DNA from: Patellaria atrata CBS 101060
Taxonomy: Eukaryota
Assembly (NCBI GenBank): GCA_010093705.1
Contig: MU006116.1
Coordinates: 99,424 to 163,423 of the forward strand
DNA: 64,000 bases
Direction: 5' to 3'
A program made the position numbers and the translations under genes. Below the pieces are notes generated by a model. The model searched no databases. It saw nothing but the letters and a program-made list of their open reading frames with translations, and was not told the origin of the DNA. Below are positions 1 to 11,073 of this stretch, piece by piece (positions within the stretch are counted from its first letter, which is position 1; each line of letters begins with the position of its first letter).

Positions 1-89
1 CCTCACATATCTGGATATATTCCCTTTGCTGTACCCTTTGGAACACTTCATTAAGCTACGACACTACCTTTTTTTTTGTTTGCTGTTTT

Positions 90-189
90 NNNNNNNNNNN
101 NNNNNNNNNNNNNNNNNNNNNNNNNNNNNNNNNNNNNNNNNNNNNNNNNNNNNNNNNNNNNNNNNNNNNNNNNNNNNNNNNNNNNNNNN
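90..189. other. Assembly gap (100 N)
   Basis: Run of exactly 100 N, a typical placeholder for a gap of unknown size; it follows a poly-T tract. Confidence 0.98.
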
Positions 190-201
190 AAGTCACGAGT
201 T

Positions 202-280
202 TCCTTTGTTCATGCAGGAACTCTTTCCCATTGTTCTTATTCTAACAATTATAATGCTTCTTTGAGCGACTCCTTTGTTC
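202..280 (+). promoter_or_regulatory. Cluster of HMG-box-like sites upstream of PRM1
   Basis: TCCTTTGTTC at 202-211 and 271-280, CATTGTT at 229-235 and AACAAT at 244-249. These match the (A/T)ACAA(A/T)G core bound by HMG-box factors such as Ste11 and MAT1-2-1. TATA-like TATAAA near 385. Confidence 0.4.
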
Positions 281-489
281 CTCTCACCTTTCTCTTCTCT
301 CGGCCTGGTTTGCCGTTCTAATACACCCTCAACCCCCCGCCATCTTTCTCCCATACTCTCTATTTTTCTTTTCACCATTCCTCCATATAAATCCTGCCTA
401 TATTTGCATAGCACTAAACGCTCCTTCTGCATTTCTACAAAGACTAAGGCTTGCTTTAGCTGCGAGCGTAGATACCATCATCCGTCAAC

Positions 490-2745
490 ATGGCTTCCTT
501 AGGGAACCAACAGCAATCTTTTCCGACCGTACCTCCGTCTCTCTCCGCTGGCGATCATGAGATGCGAGACTACTACACCACGCAGGACGCACCACGACCG
601 ACAGTAAACCAAGCACCATACCTCACACCATACCTCGGCCTTCGAGCTAGACTCTCGCAGATCTGGATCAACCGATGGACTATTCTTCTCTTACTTGTAC
701 TCGTTAGAACTCTTATTGCCGTGGCCAGCATCGATGAAGGACTGGGATCGGCGAGAAAACAGGCACTACGCGCCTGCACCTCAGTTGAGTCAATGGGTAG
801 TACGATGGCTTCCATGCCCCATTATATGTCCAGGGGAGTCAACGAAATGACTGCCTCTGGTGTCGAAAGGGCGGTTAACGGCCTTATGTCAATGCTGTCC
901 TTGACCGTCACTGGGGTTGAAGAAATAGTCATTTTCGTCATCAACCTACTTACTTCGACATACCTCTGTCTCATCCATTTCGCCGTCACAGGTAGCTTGC
1001 AAGCAGCCCTGAAGGTGATTGAAAAGGTCTCAGACTTTATGAACAAGACGCTAGACGGCGTCGGCGATGGCATCGCTACTGTCGTTGACACATTTGACGA
1101 CACCCTTGAGGACATCGTTGGTGCCATTACCAATCCATTTGGAAACGAGAAAAAGCCCACCATTGATCTAAGCAAACAAATCAACCAACTACGAAACCTT
1201 CAATTACCATCGAGCATTGACGAGGACATTAGGGAACTCAACGACTCAATCCCCTCCTTTGATGAAGTCAAGACAGCATTGAACGATATTATCCGCATTC
1301 CATTCAAGAAGGTCAAGGAACTTATCAATGAGACTCTGGATACCTACGAGTTCGACCGCTCAACCTTTCCAGTGCCGCAAAAAGAACAACTCACGTTTTG
1401 TTCGGACAACAACGGTATCAACGACTTCTTTGATGATCTCACTGACATTACTCACGTTGCTCGCAAAATATTCCTCGGCGTGTTACTTACCCTAGCAATC
1501 CTCGCCTGCGCACCAATGGCCTGGCGGGAAATTCAACGCTGGAAGAGGGAGAGAGAGCGATCTAAACTTGTCCAATCTAACGCAAGCGATCCAATGGACG
1601 TCGTCTACATGGTATCCAGGCCGTACACATCTACAATTGGTCTTAAAATTTCGTCGAAGTTCCGATCGATTCATAATCAAGTCCTTGTCCGCTGGTCTGT
1701 TGCCTATGCTACCTCACCACAAGCCTTGTTCGTTTTGTCTCTTGGTATTGCGGGGTTATTCGCTTGTATATGCCAATACATCCTTCTCAAATCCCTTGAG
1801 AAGGAAGTTCCAGGTCTTTCTGACCAAGTTGGCGCCTTCGCTGAAAAGGTCGTCTTCTCCGTTAATAATGCATCCGAGTTCTGGGCAAATGGAACCAACG
1901 CGGCCATTATTCAAACCAATCGAGATATCAACAATGATGTGTTCGGTTGGGTCAACGAAAGTACAACGGCTGTCAATAGAACACTGAACGAATTCGTCAA
2001 TAAAATGGATGCCGCTCTGGATACCGCATTTGGCGACACAGTCCTCAGAGAGCCAATCCAAGACGTCTTGAACTGTCTGATCCTAATGAAAGTCCAAGGC
2101 ATTCAGAAAGGCCTCACATGGGTCAAGAATCATGCTCACATTGATTTCCCGTTGATGAAGAACGACACCTTCACTCTCGGTGCTGCAGCTCAACTTACAG
2201 ATAGCACCTCCGATGATGCGTTCTTTTCCAACCCATCAGACAATGCTCGAGACGAAGTTACTGACGCCATCACATCCCTCATTGGTCATATTGCCTCAGG
2301 CATCCGGACTGAAGCGATCATCTCGACTTGCATTCTCCTTATATGGCTCTTCATCGCTCTCATTGGTATCGTTCGGGCCAGTTGGGGACTCAACCGCGGC
2401 AAGCTACGTGCTGAAGGCGGCCAGGAATATCATGCTGATCCCCAAACTGAAATGAATCGCGGTCATGATTCATTCTTCGGAGCTCCCCCAACCTACGAGT
2501 ACAACCCGCCAACGTCAACATCAAGGGAAGGGGCTTCCTTACCTCCTCTCGGCGCCTCGACTCAAGCAGAACCCGAATCCACAAACGAGAAGATCGGCCA
2601 CACTGGTGCACGAGAAGTTGGCGTCGCGTACACAGAGCCACATCATGTCCGACAAAGCAGCCACGGCCGCATTGACCGTACATCTCCAACTGAAAAGAAA
2701 AATAATCCTTTTGTCACTCCTTTCGACGATAGCAATAGGTTTTAG
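490..2745 (+). CDS. PRM1: Plasma membrane fusion protein Prm1 (pheromone-regulated multispanning membrane protein)
   Basis: Intronless 751-aa ORF. N-terminal PYLTPYLGLRARLSQIWINRWTILLLLV and ACTSVESMGSTMASMPHYM signatures, several TM segments and N-glycosylated extracellular loops, all typical of fungal Prm1. Confidence 0.95.
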   Translation: MASLGNQQQSFPTVPPSLSAGDHEMRDYYTTQDAPRPTVNQAPYLTPYLGLRARLSQIWINRWTILLLLVLVRTLIAVASIDEGLGSARKQALRACTSVESMGSTMASMPHYMSRGVNEMTASGVERAVNGLMSMLSLTVTGVEEIVIFVINLLTSTYLCLIHFAVTGSLQAALKVIEKVSDFMNKTLDGVGDGIATVVDTFDDTLEDIVGAITNPFGNEKKPTIDLSKQINQLRNLQLPSSIDEDIRELNDSIPSFDEVKTALNDIIRIPFKKVKELINETLDTYEFDRSTFPVPQKEQLTFCSDNNGINDFFDDLTDITHVARKIFLGVLLTLAILACAPMAWREIQRWKRERERSKLVQSNASDPMDVVYMVSRPYTSTIGLKISSKFRSIHNQVLVRWSVAYATSPQALFVLSLGIAGLFACICQYILLKSLEKEVPGLSDQVGAFAEKVVFSVNNASEFWANGTNAAIIQTNRDINNDVFGWVNESTTAVNRTLNEFVNKMDAALDTAFGDTVLREPIQDVLNCLILMKVQGIQKGLTWVKNHAHIDFPLMKNDTFTLGAAAQLTDSTSDDAFFSNPSDNARDEVTDAITSLIGHIASGIRTEAIISTCILLIWLFIALIGIVRASWGLNRGKLRAEGGQEYHADPQTEMNRGHDSFFGAPPTYEYNPPTSTSREGASLPPLGASTQAEPESTNEKIGHTGAREVGVAYTEPHHVRQSSHGRIDRTSPTEKKNNPFVTPFDDSNRF

Positions 2746-4286
2746 ATAACCAGGATTTTGCACTGACCTTCTCTCCCCTTTCCAGGAAGCGAGGTTTGAG
2801 TCTTTGCTTTCTATTTGCTGCAGTCGGCTCTGCTTGAGACGTCATAATTGCTCAGGTTACGTACTTTGGTCCCTGAGGTTCTTATCGTTTTGTTGAACGC
2901 ATTCTCGTTCCGAAACAAAGTATCGACGAGACGGCTTCTCGGCTGTTCTCTGTTAACGATGAAATGGTGGTTTTGAAATTCTGAATTAGCGATTGCATTT
3001 CCTCGAAAATAAGCTTTATAATATAGACAATCCCTTGCTTTATTTTCCGCCATTGCTGCTTTCATTTCCTGTCGAAACTTTTACTTGGTTTCTGCTTCTG
3101 AGTCGTGCGTTCGAGTCCTGCACGGTGTTTACATACCACCCTTCCACCGCGAAAATACAAGGAGAAAATGAAAAAGAAACACACTCTCCACATCAGCGTG
3201 TTAGTTTTCTTATTTTCTACTTTGTTTTTGGGTCGTCGAACTTTCCTGGTGGTGGTATTCAGTTCGTCTCCCCGAGGCCTCTCAATCCCGCTCCTCTCCA
3301 TCTTTCACACATCACTCTATCCTCGTACCCCCGTCAGGCCCCTCTATCTCATTCCCGCGGCTTGCCCGGTTGGTTGTAGTGGAACCCCTGATGCGCGTGC
3401 TGAGATGCTGGAGCAGATGTGAGTTGGGTGTGTACGAGCCGGACATAGAGGTATGATCGCTCTTCCCCCCTGCTCTTTTCACTTTGTTTCGTTCCTCATT
3501 CTCTCTTCCTGTTGATGTGGCCGGGTTGGAGAGCGAGTTTGACCGGCCAGTGGATTGTGGTGGGGCTTTGATAACAAGCGTTTTGCGCTTCCTCCTTTTC
3601 GAATATTTCCCTGCCTTATTTGAAGGACTATGGCGTGGTGATTTTCTTTGGAAAGTTTGAGTTGAAGCTTGAGAGAGGTGTGTTGCCTGTGCGTTGACAC
3701 GGAAATTGTCCCTTTCATTGGTGATCGTGGGTTGGTTTTGCACTATCCGCCTCTGAGTTTGCTGCTTGCAGCTATTCTGGAAATTTGGGGCTTCTTTGAG
3801 GAGGTCGTCTTCTTTGGAGACTTGTTGAAGCGTTAACCGGGTGACGATGCATACTTCGGCTGGGTCGATGGTCAATTTGTGTGCATATTGACCATAGTCG
3901 CTCCTTTGTAGATAGAATATTTTCCTAACCTTGTGGGAGGAGGTAGGGGATTTAGAATGTTGTGCGTCGGTAGATTCGGAAATCGAATTTACTCTTCCAC
4001 AAATTGTTGTGTGCTTCTTGAGAACGTGATATGATCGGTAATGACGAAGCTCCGAGGAATATTTACCCAACAAACTACCTGGATGTATTACTACCTAAAT
4101 GCTATCAATGAGATTCAAAATAATACAACAAATACTCCAAGAAACTCCTTACAAAACTCAGGACCAGAAAAGACAAACAAGCGAAGAATAGACCCCTTCC
4201 TATCCATCCAAACAGTAACATCCAAGCCGCCAATCAAAACCATCCTCCCTCCTTTTCAGCCTTTCTTCCGCCACCATGGACCCTCA

Positions 4287-6065
4287 TTATCCCTCACTCT
4301 CCCCAATGGCCTGAATAATCCCATCCACGCACACAGTCCCTTGCGCCACATCTCCCATATCGATCCATCCACCCCAATCACAAACCATAAACCCACTCCC
4401 GTCCCTCAAGCACTCAACATCACCATTCCCCTCTCCCGTCACCACCGCGTTCGTGCTCCCACAGTCCCCGACCGGCCTGCTGCGCACGTATCTATCGTCT
4501 CTGAACCCGCCGCTCGCGGTCCCGTTGTAGCTGATGTAGGGCAGACACATCATGCCGTCAGCGACGACAGTGGGAGGGAGCGAGTAGGTCCAGGCGTAGG
4601 TGCTGGGGATGGAGGTATTGGCTATGGGGGGTTGCAGGGGCGTGGGGATGCAGGTTAGGAAGGTTGTGAGGGAGAGGCAGAGGAAGGTGCCCGGGACGCA
4701 GGGGAGGTAGGCTTCTAAGGGCGGAGTGGCGTAGGGGATGTTTGTGACGGGAATTGAAGGGGATGGCGTGGGGATGGAGGAGGTGGACGTCCAAGAAGAT
4801 GGATGTGATATTGAGGTTGGTGGCCAGAGGGTCATGGTGGTGACGCACTGGCTTGCGGAAGCCGGTGTGGTGGATGAAGTCCAGCTTGGGGTAAGCCAAG
4901 AGGAAGAGGTTTCGGATCTTGAGGTGGATTTCGATGAAGATGATCTTGTACTTGATGCTCCTAGGTCGACTGTTACAGTCGGGGCACATTGGCTCGTCGA
5001 TCTGGTGAGAGTTACGGTTACGGTTACAACTGGTATACAGCCGCTTGCCGATGAAGTTGTTATTGGTACGGCAGCTATACGGAGCTGTTGTAAGCCCGTT
5101 GGTTCATAGTCTTCCTCAGTATAAGTAGTCGACGGTTCTATGGAGGGTGTCCGATGTTCCATGGCTCCGATAGTTTCTAGGGCCCCTTGAACGTACGCTG
5201 ATAAACTTGCCACAGGAACAGGAACTTCGATTGCGGTGTAAGAAGGCTCAGGAATCACTGTGTATGTCTCCTGGTAGGTGATGGTAGTTTGTTCCGGTTC
5301 AATAGTACCTTCAGGTGCGAATGGATCACTTTGCTGGATGGTGCTGCCGGGAGCAGGCACTTCGCATTGGCCATCCGTGGCAGGAGACGCGCTACTCATT
5401 CCGTCTCCGTACACAACGTCATCGCCCGGGTGTGGGAAAACAGGGTTTAATCCTTCGAATGTGGAACAAGTGTTGATACCCCTTAAATTCGCAACCCAGA
5501 TGTTGGGCAAGTCGTCCATACTTTGTGCACGCTTCGCTAGTCGTCGTCCAGCGGAATTCTGTCCGACAATTTGGACCGCCGCGCAGTCCATATAGAACTC
5601 CCTATTTCCGACCTTATTCATCCATGTCCAAGCGAAGAGTGCAATCCCGGCTGGCGCATAGGACGGTACGGTAAAGGGATAACTTCCGGCCAGAGGGCAC
5701 CCACCGACAACGGACTTGATAACCTTGAATGTCTTGCCCCCGTCGTACGATAAAGACAGTTGACATGAACCACCATCATGCGTTGCTCCACCGAGGAATT
5801 GAGCGGTATATGTCGAGCCAGCTTGATATCTAGCCGTAGTACGTAGAGGAGAATCGAGATGATAACCTTTACAGGGAAAATTTGAACCATCGGCGCGTAG
5901 AGGCGACGTCATATCATAATCCTTCACGCCTCCCATATCTTGAGTATCGAGCGGACTGCGCAAAGGCATTGGATTGCTCATCTGGACATGGCCAGTAACG
6001 TGATCTGAGATTGACAATAGAACACATAGTGTACATAGGAAAGACTTCAATCTTCTTAAAGTCAT
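4287..6065 (-). CDS. Secreted AA11 lytic polysaccharide monooxygenase (chitin-active family) with S/T-rich linker and C-terminal Cys-rich modules
   Basis: Signal peptide followed by the predicted mature N-terminal His (VTG|HVQMSNP). Motifs FPCKG, GGATHDGGSCQLSLSYD, GGCP and FAWTWMNKVGNREFYMDCA are AA11-typical. The C-terminal FMVCDWGGWIDMGDVAQGTVC resembles X278/CBM19-like modules. Confidence 0.88.
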   Translation of the reverse strand: MTLRRLKSFLCTLCVLLSISDHVTGHVQMSNPMPLRSPLDTQDMGGVKDYDMTSPLRADGSNFPCKGYHLDSPLRTTARYQAGSTYTAQFLGGATHDGGSCQLSLSYDGGKTFKVIKSVVGGCPLAGSYPFTVPSYAPAGIALFAWTWMNKVGNREFYMDCAAVQIVGQNSAGRRLAKRAQSMDDLPNIWVANLRGINTCSTFEGLNPVFPHPGDDVVYGDGMSSASPATDGQCEVPAPGSTIQQSDPFAPEGTIEPEQTTITYQETYTVIPEPSYTAIEVPVPVASLSAYVQGALETIGAMEHRTPSIEPSTTYTEEDYEPTGLQQLRIAAVPITTSSASGCIPVVTVTVTLTRSTSQCAPTVTVDLGASSTRSSSSKSTSRSETSSSWLTPSWTSSTTPASASQCVTTMTLWPPTSISHPSSWTSTSSIPTPSPSIPVTNIPYATPPLEAYLPCVPGTFLCLSLTTFLTCIPTPLQPPIANTSIPSTYAWTYSLPPTVVADGMMCLPYISYNGTASGGFRDDRYVRSRPVGDCGSTNAVVTGEGNGDVECLRDGSGFMVCDWGGWIDMGDVAQGTVCVDGIIQAIGESEG

Positions 6066-6742
6066 GGTGGGAGGCGAAGGTTCAAGATGAGGAAAGGAAG
6101 AGAAAAATCATTTATATAAGGTAGGAAAAGTTGATACGCCTATAGAGGCTGACAAATCCCTTGCATAGGCATGGAACCAGTGAAGGTCATTCTGATTTGG
6201 GGTTCATGCAACGCGCAAATTTCTCTGGATGGCCAAAACCGGTCGCTAATTTGGTTGGATAGAGTTAAATAATACTATACTTCTGGTTAGTGGCTGAATG
6301 TGTCTTACGATGATAGAGCGAGCATTCCTCACGAGCCGCGTTGTGGAATGTGATCGCAAAAACAACTCAGGACAGACCTAACCCTTCGCCTCGACTATAA
6401 TAATAATGAGAGGAGCGCCTCATTGTCACTAGTGCACAAATAAAGATTATGCATCAGCGTATTTGATATCTATGTATGAATTCACGTCCTTTAATTCATC
6501 AAGATATATAAGCTCAATTCTGTACTAAACTTGAATGTAGAGTCATAAGTCATATATCCGTGTCGATCCTGGGTGGTATATCTGGAAAACTTGCGGGGAC
6601 GTGCTCTAGTTTCGAGGTGTAGCATACTCTCTATGTACGGTTGTAGAAATCGATAGTTAAGTTAGTCTGAAAGATACAATTGCTGCTATACAATAGGCGT
6701 ATGAAATGCCCAAATCCTTTGTTCTAAAGTGATGAAAGTGAT

Positions 6743-7656
6743 TTACAGAGTATCTTTGAGGAGCTTGTTCAGCTTCGCCATCTTCGCAGACACACTGAGA
6801 TCGATCGTTCGATCACCGATCTCAACAATGAGACCTCCACGGATATCCGGGTTAACCTTGAACAATGTTAGCAATAGAGAGTTTCAATTTGTCGAAAAAG
6901 CGTTGAATAACAAATACCTTTGGCACGACTTTCAGCTTCTTCCCTTGCCCTACATATGAGGATTTAGAAATAGCGCTCTCCAGCCTACTGAGAACTCTGT
7001 TTTCGAGTGGCTAAGATGAAAATCAGTATCCAATGCTTGTTGTTTGGTCGCTCTCCACATTTCCTGGAAAACATACAGCGGCGCTGGTTACAACTAACTC
7101 CACCTCGCCCTTCGAAGCACCCATAAGCACTCCAAATTTCTCGCAGACTGGTTCCAAGACACCTAATCGGTTGTTTTCCGCCAATGTAGTCAAGAAGTTT
7201 TTGACAATGTCACCTTTGTCTGCCCCACCGGTATGTTTTGCAAGCTCGGCAATAATCTGTTTCTTGTCGTCCACGGTAAGGGTAGGCGCCTTTAGAACGC
7301 TTTGTAGCTTCGCATCTTTCTTGAACACAGAGGACAAGTTATCCAATGCTTTTGAGACCGAATCTAGGGCGGAAGACTTGGCGGCAGCAGTGTACTGTAA
7401 AAGCCTCAAATCAGCCTGTGTGCTCATCGCTGCATTCGTAAAGAAGCTCCGAATCGCGCTTTTATCCTAAATCAAATCGAGTTGCACATACTAGAGCGCT
7501 GGCGTAAGTCCCATCTACCCCATAAAGAGCTACCGGCGGTCGAGTGGATGCAGAGGAAGCTGGTTGAGCATAGGTCCTCATAGCGGTATGAGAAGCAATT
7601 GAGGGGCGAAGAGCGGTAGACCGCACGGCCCGGGTAACTACTCGACTTGATAGCAT
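6743..7656 (-). CDS. ATP5: Mitochondrial ATP synthase subunit 5 (OSCP/delta)
   Basis: Four exons: 7656-7492, 7394-7077, 7010-6918, 6856-6743, all GT..AG. Protein reads mito presequence, then PPVALYGVDGTYASALY, NFLTTLAENNRLG, and VNPDIRGGLIVEIGDRTIDLSVSAKMAKLNKLL. Confidence 0.96.
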
Positions 7657-7953
7657 TTTACGAGGAAGGAGAAGATGGAGACACGATTAATTCAATGAAA
7701 GGAATGGGGGAAGCTCTCGGACTGTTGTTTCGACGTTCAGTTGGAGGAAGTTACTATATTAAAACAGGTAAGCGTCTTGGCGAATCTCAACTTCAACTAC
7801 ATCCCATGTGAGGAATTTATGATGTGATGAACGTAGTATGTATTTCCTATATTTGTTCTGACAGAACACTAGCTGAAATACGATTTCTGATGTGTAAACA
7901 ACTTTTTCCTAAAATATGTCCATTTTCTTACGAACATAGTCCAACATTCTTCA

Positions 7954-8980
7954 CTATTTCGAATGTTCAGATTCAGCTTGCAGCTCAACCTCTGAATAGC
8001 ACGTCTTAATCCAACTGTAAAACAATCCTAAGGCGTCCGTGCCTTCAATCCCGCTATCATGTGCAAATAACACAGCATCCAAAATGATACGCTCCAATTT
8101 TTGCAAGACTTCCGCATCGTATCTATCTGTGATCATCCCTTTGAATGGAGCATCAGAAGCATCCTGAGATTGTCCTGCTCTTTGCACATCTTCACGCGGA
8201 ATATCATCACTCTCGTTTCGGCACACAATTGGATCCTTGACTTTGTGATTATCCTGATATGCATCTCTGCTTGGTCCTGGTGAGGAAGTGTTGAAATCCG
8301 TGATCCTTGTAAGAATCTGCTCGATCTGACTGACATGCAGAGTTTCATTGATGTTCCGGTCGAAATCTAGGTGCATATACGTATTCGCATTCTGTACCGC
8401 GGAGGAAGGATCCAAACCTAGGGCAAATTCGGCGTCAAGGAAGTTTTGAGGTAGATACTCGTAAGTCCCAGTATTCTCCCTCGGCATGTTCTCGTTAGAT
8501 TGATAAAACTGACCGGCAGTGTTAAAGGTTTGAGGACCAGGAGAACTTGATCCGCTTCTGCTAGCAGCTCGAATCGCCGTTTTCTCCCTTTTCCTTCTCT
8601 TCGGCGAAGTCTCTTGTTCCTCCTCAGTATCTGCTTTTCTCTTCCTTGGATTCTTGACGCGGACTTGGCCTACTCGCCATTCACTAGTGATAGTTAGCCA
8701 TAATTCTTCAAGATTGGAATCTTGTTCAGTGAACTTACTAATTGGCCTTATAACCCTTTCTGGCCTTCCTAACCGTCAAATGAGCGTAGTCTAGCAGACC
8801 GCCCTCACAATGCCTCTCTCTAACATGTGCCCTCAAATGGCCGGCCTGCTTGTATTTGTGATTCCTTCGTTCTCCGGTGCAGAAATAGCAGTATCGTTCG
8901 CAACGATCAATATCGATCTCGGTAGGGCTGGTTTTCGGCGGCCATGTATGGTCATGAGTTGGATCTCTGTCGCAAGGCAT
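7954..8980 (-). CDS. Uncharacterised putative zinc-finger nuclear protein (paralogue A, ~323 aa)
   Basis: Exon 1 is 8980-8739 (MPCDRDPTHDHTWP...RCERYCYFC...HLRAHVRERH). Intron GTAAGT..CTAAC..TAG. Exon 2 (8683-7954) joins in frame to the 177-aa ORF. Basic NLS-like stretches RKRK and KRRKREK. Confidence 0.75.
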
Positions 8981-9419
8981 GTTGAGGATCTCAAAGGACA
9001 AGGTAATGATACTAGATATAACAGAGGATTCGCTGCAGAATAAGTACTCGAATGAACTTCGGTGGTCGAAAAGGACGTAGAACGATGCTCAACAACTTAG
9101 AGTAATAAATTGATCGGAGGAAGATATTTGGCACCTGGCCGTCTATGATTCCAGGCGAAAATATGTTACAAAGGGGATATGGTAGAAAAGATAAGTTGAC
9201 CAGCAACTGACAAAGACGATGGACTGATCGACTCTCAGAGCCAGGATATTGAATTGAAAAAGGCGTTCGCGCTGCAGCGAAGAAGATACTTCAACGATTG
9301 AATAGAAAAAAAAGACGAAGGAAGTATCGAAAAGATGTTAACGTGAGACTAGAGATAGAAGAAGTAAATGTAAGATATTTACAGAAGGATAAAACCCACG
9401 GACATTACAACGGCCATTG

Positions 9420-9513
9420 CTATTGTTGCAATTGGTATACAATAGGTGAGCTTGTGTGCTTTCCGTGCAACAATAAGACGCATCGTGGTTCTATTGTCGT
9501 CGAACGACAATAG
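9420..9513. promoter_or_regulatory. Two inverted CTATTGT/ACAATAG dyads plus AACAAT (HMG-box-like sites)
   Basis: CTATTGT 9420-9426 paired with ACAATAG 9439-9445; AACAAT 9469-9474; perfect inverted repeat CTATTGTCGT-cga-ACGACAATAG at 9491-9513. Confidence 0.4.
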
Positions 9514-10140
9514 CCCTGAACCGTGATTTTGATGCCTGTTCTCGTGCACGTGGCAGGTTCTAAGCTAATCCATTGTGAGCTCAGAATGAGGGAGTTGGAT
9601 TGGAAGCCTTAGTCAGGTGACTTAGCATTTTGTCTGAGATAACAGAGATTATAGAAACTGAGGTAAATGTATCTTGACCTAGGTAGGTGGCTGGAGCTTT
9701 GACTGACGTCACAGGAGCTTGAAACCATTTTCTCTTGCTTTACGAACCCAACCGGAAACAACGACTATCTATCCACCGATTAAGCTTGATCACTAGTCTC
9801 TCGAATAGTCGAAGTCGGATACCTTGCCCAGAATAGCCTGTGATATCCAGAAAACGACCAAAAGAGCTTTGAAAGGCGAGCTAGTTCATTTCTTTTAGGG
9901 GCCCCATATGCGAGTACTATGGCGAGTATATCCTAATGATGTTCCGTAATCAATATGTCCAAAAACCAGCGTTGAGGAATGCCTATGTGATAGTGTTCAT
10001 ATGAACGATACCTTCCGCAGACCGAACAAGTAATCGTGGCACCTCGAAATCGCTGGAAACAGGACGCTAGACCGTCTTCGTAACCAATGTGTAGACGTCG
10101 ATACGCCTAAAGGCCTACCAGTCAAATTCAAGAACTCGGC

Positions 10141-10500
10141 GGAAATAACGCATTATTCTCTTTAACATGAGGAAGGGATGCTCAATTCCAGCATGAAAAA
10201 TATAATTAAACTATCTCTATCGATGAGCTCATCCAACAGGCGAAATACGCAAACTCCAGCGGAAAGAAGCATTGCTCTCTTCTACATGAGAAACCGATGC
10301 TACGCTCTGGCACCCGACATAAAATCCATAATTGAACTTTCTCCATCGACGAACCTTCCAAGAGGCGAAAGACGCAGGGCCCAGCGGAAACAAGTACTAT
10401 ATTCTTCTATATGAGGAATAGATACTACATTCCGGCATGAAAACCATAATTAAACCATATCTATCGACGAACGTTCTAGGAGGCGAAACTTGCAGAAATC
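10141..10500. repeat. Degenerate tandem repeat, 3 copies of ~120-125 bp
   Basis: Units start at 10141, 10261 and 10386 with GGAAA, and each carries ..CATGAG/TATGAG..GATRCT..CATRAAA..ATAATTRAAC..ATCGAYGA..AGGCGAAA..GCA. Confidence 0.85.
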
Positions 10501-11073
10501 ATATAAATGTTTCCTATGAACTTGATAATCATGTTGTGATCTCACTCAATAAATCTCCTCTCTGTCTGAATTGGAAGGGCATGGTCAATCTGGCGAGAGC
10601 AATGGGTGTACCGCACAGGAAGATCCCGAGCTCCTTGCGGGGGATTTTCTCTGGACTTGGCCCGTGGACCTAGTAGATGTAGATTGAACTAGAAGGATTT
10701 CGAAGTTCTGCGATTATGGGTCTTCCTTATGACCGTTGCCCTGGTAGAAGAAATCAAGATTACTGAACGTATACTTTACCCGCGTGTGGTGTGAATGGTG
10801 AAGGCCTTCTGAAAATTAAGACAGAATAGTTGAAAGGGGTGCGGCATGGACGTGGCTAGATCAATCGCTGGCTGCTCGTTCAATAATATGTTAGGTTTTC
10901 ACCTACCGCTTCGCGAAATCTCCTCTCTCCCTTTGGTCCTGTTTGTCCTTTCGCACCATGCCCATGTCCAACGAATGTCAATGTCTCTTCTAGGTCTTCC
11001 AGGTCTCGTGTGAGATATCTGTTGGAATATTTCTTTTCTTTACTTTTGCCACCCTGTATTCCGACGTGTCGAA

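Noticed and set aside
3312..4073. 253-aa minus-strand ORF between PRM1 and the AA11 gene
   Set aside because: It starts at TTG, has no ATG until near its end and shows no recognisable motif. It could be an orphan or lncRNA, but I cannot support it as a CDS.
10141..10500. Tandem repeat read as a CRISPR-like array or a repeat-protein CDS
   Set aside because: Eukaryotic context; the whole unit is homologous, with no unique spacers; the 125-bp period and stops break all frames checked.
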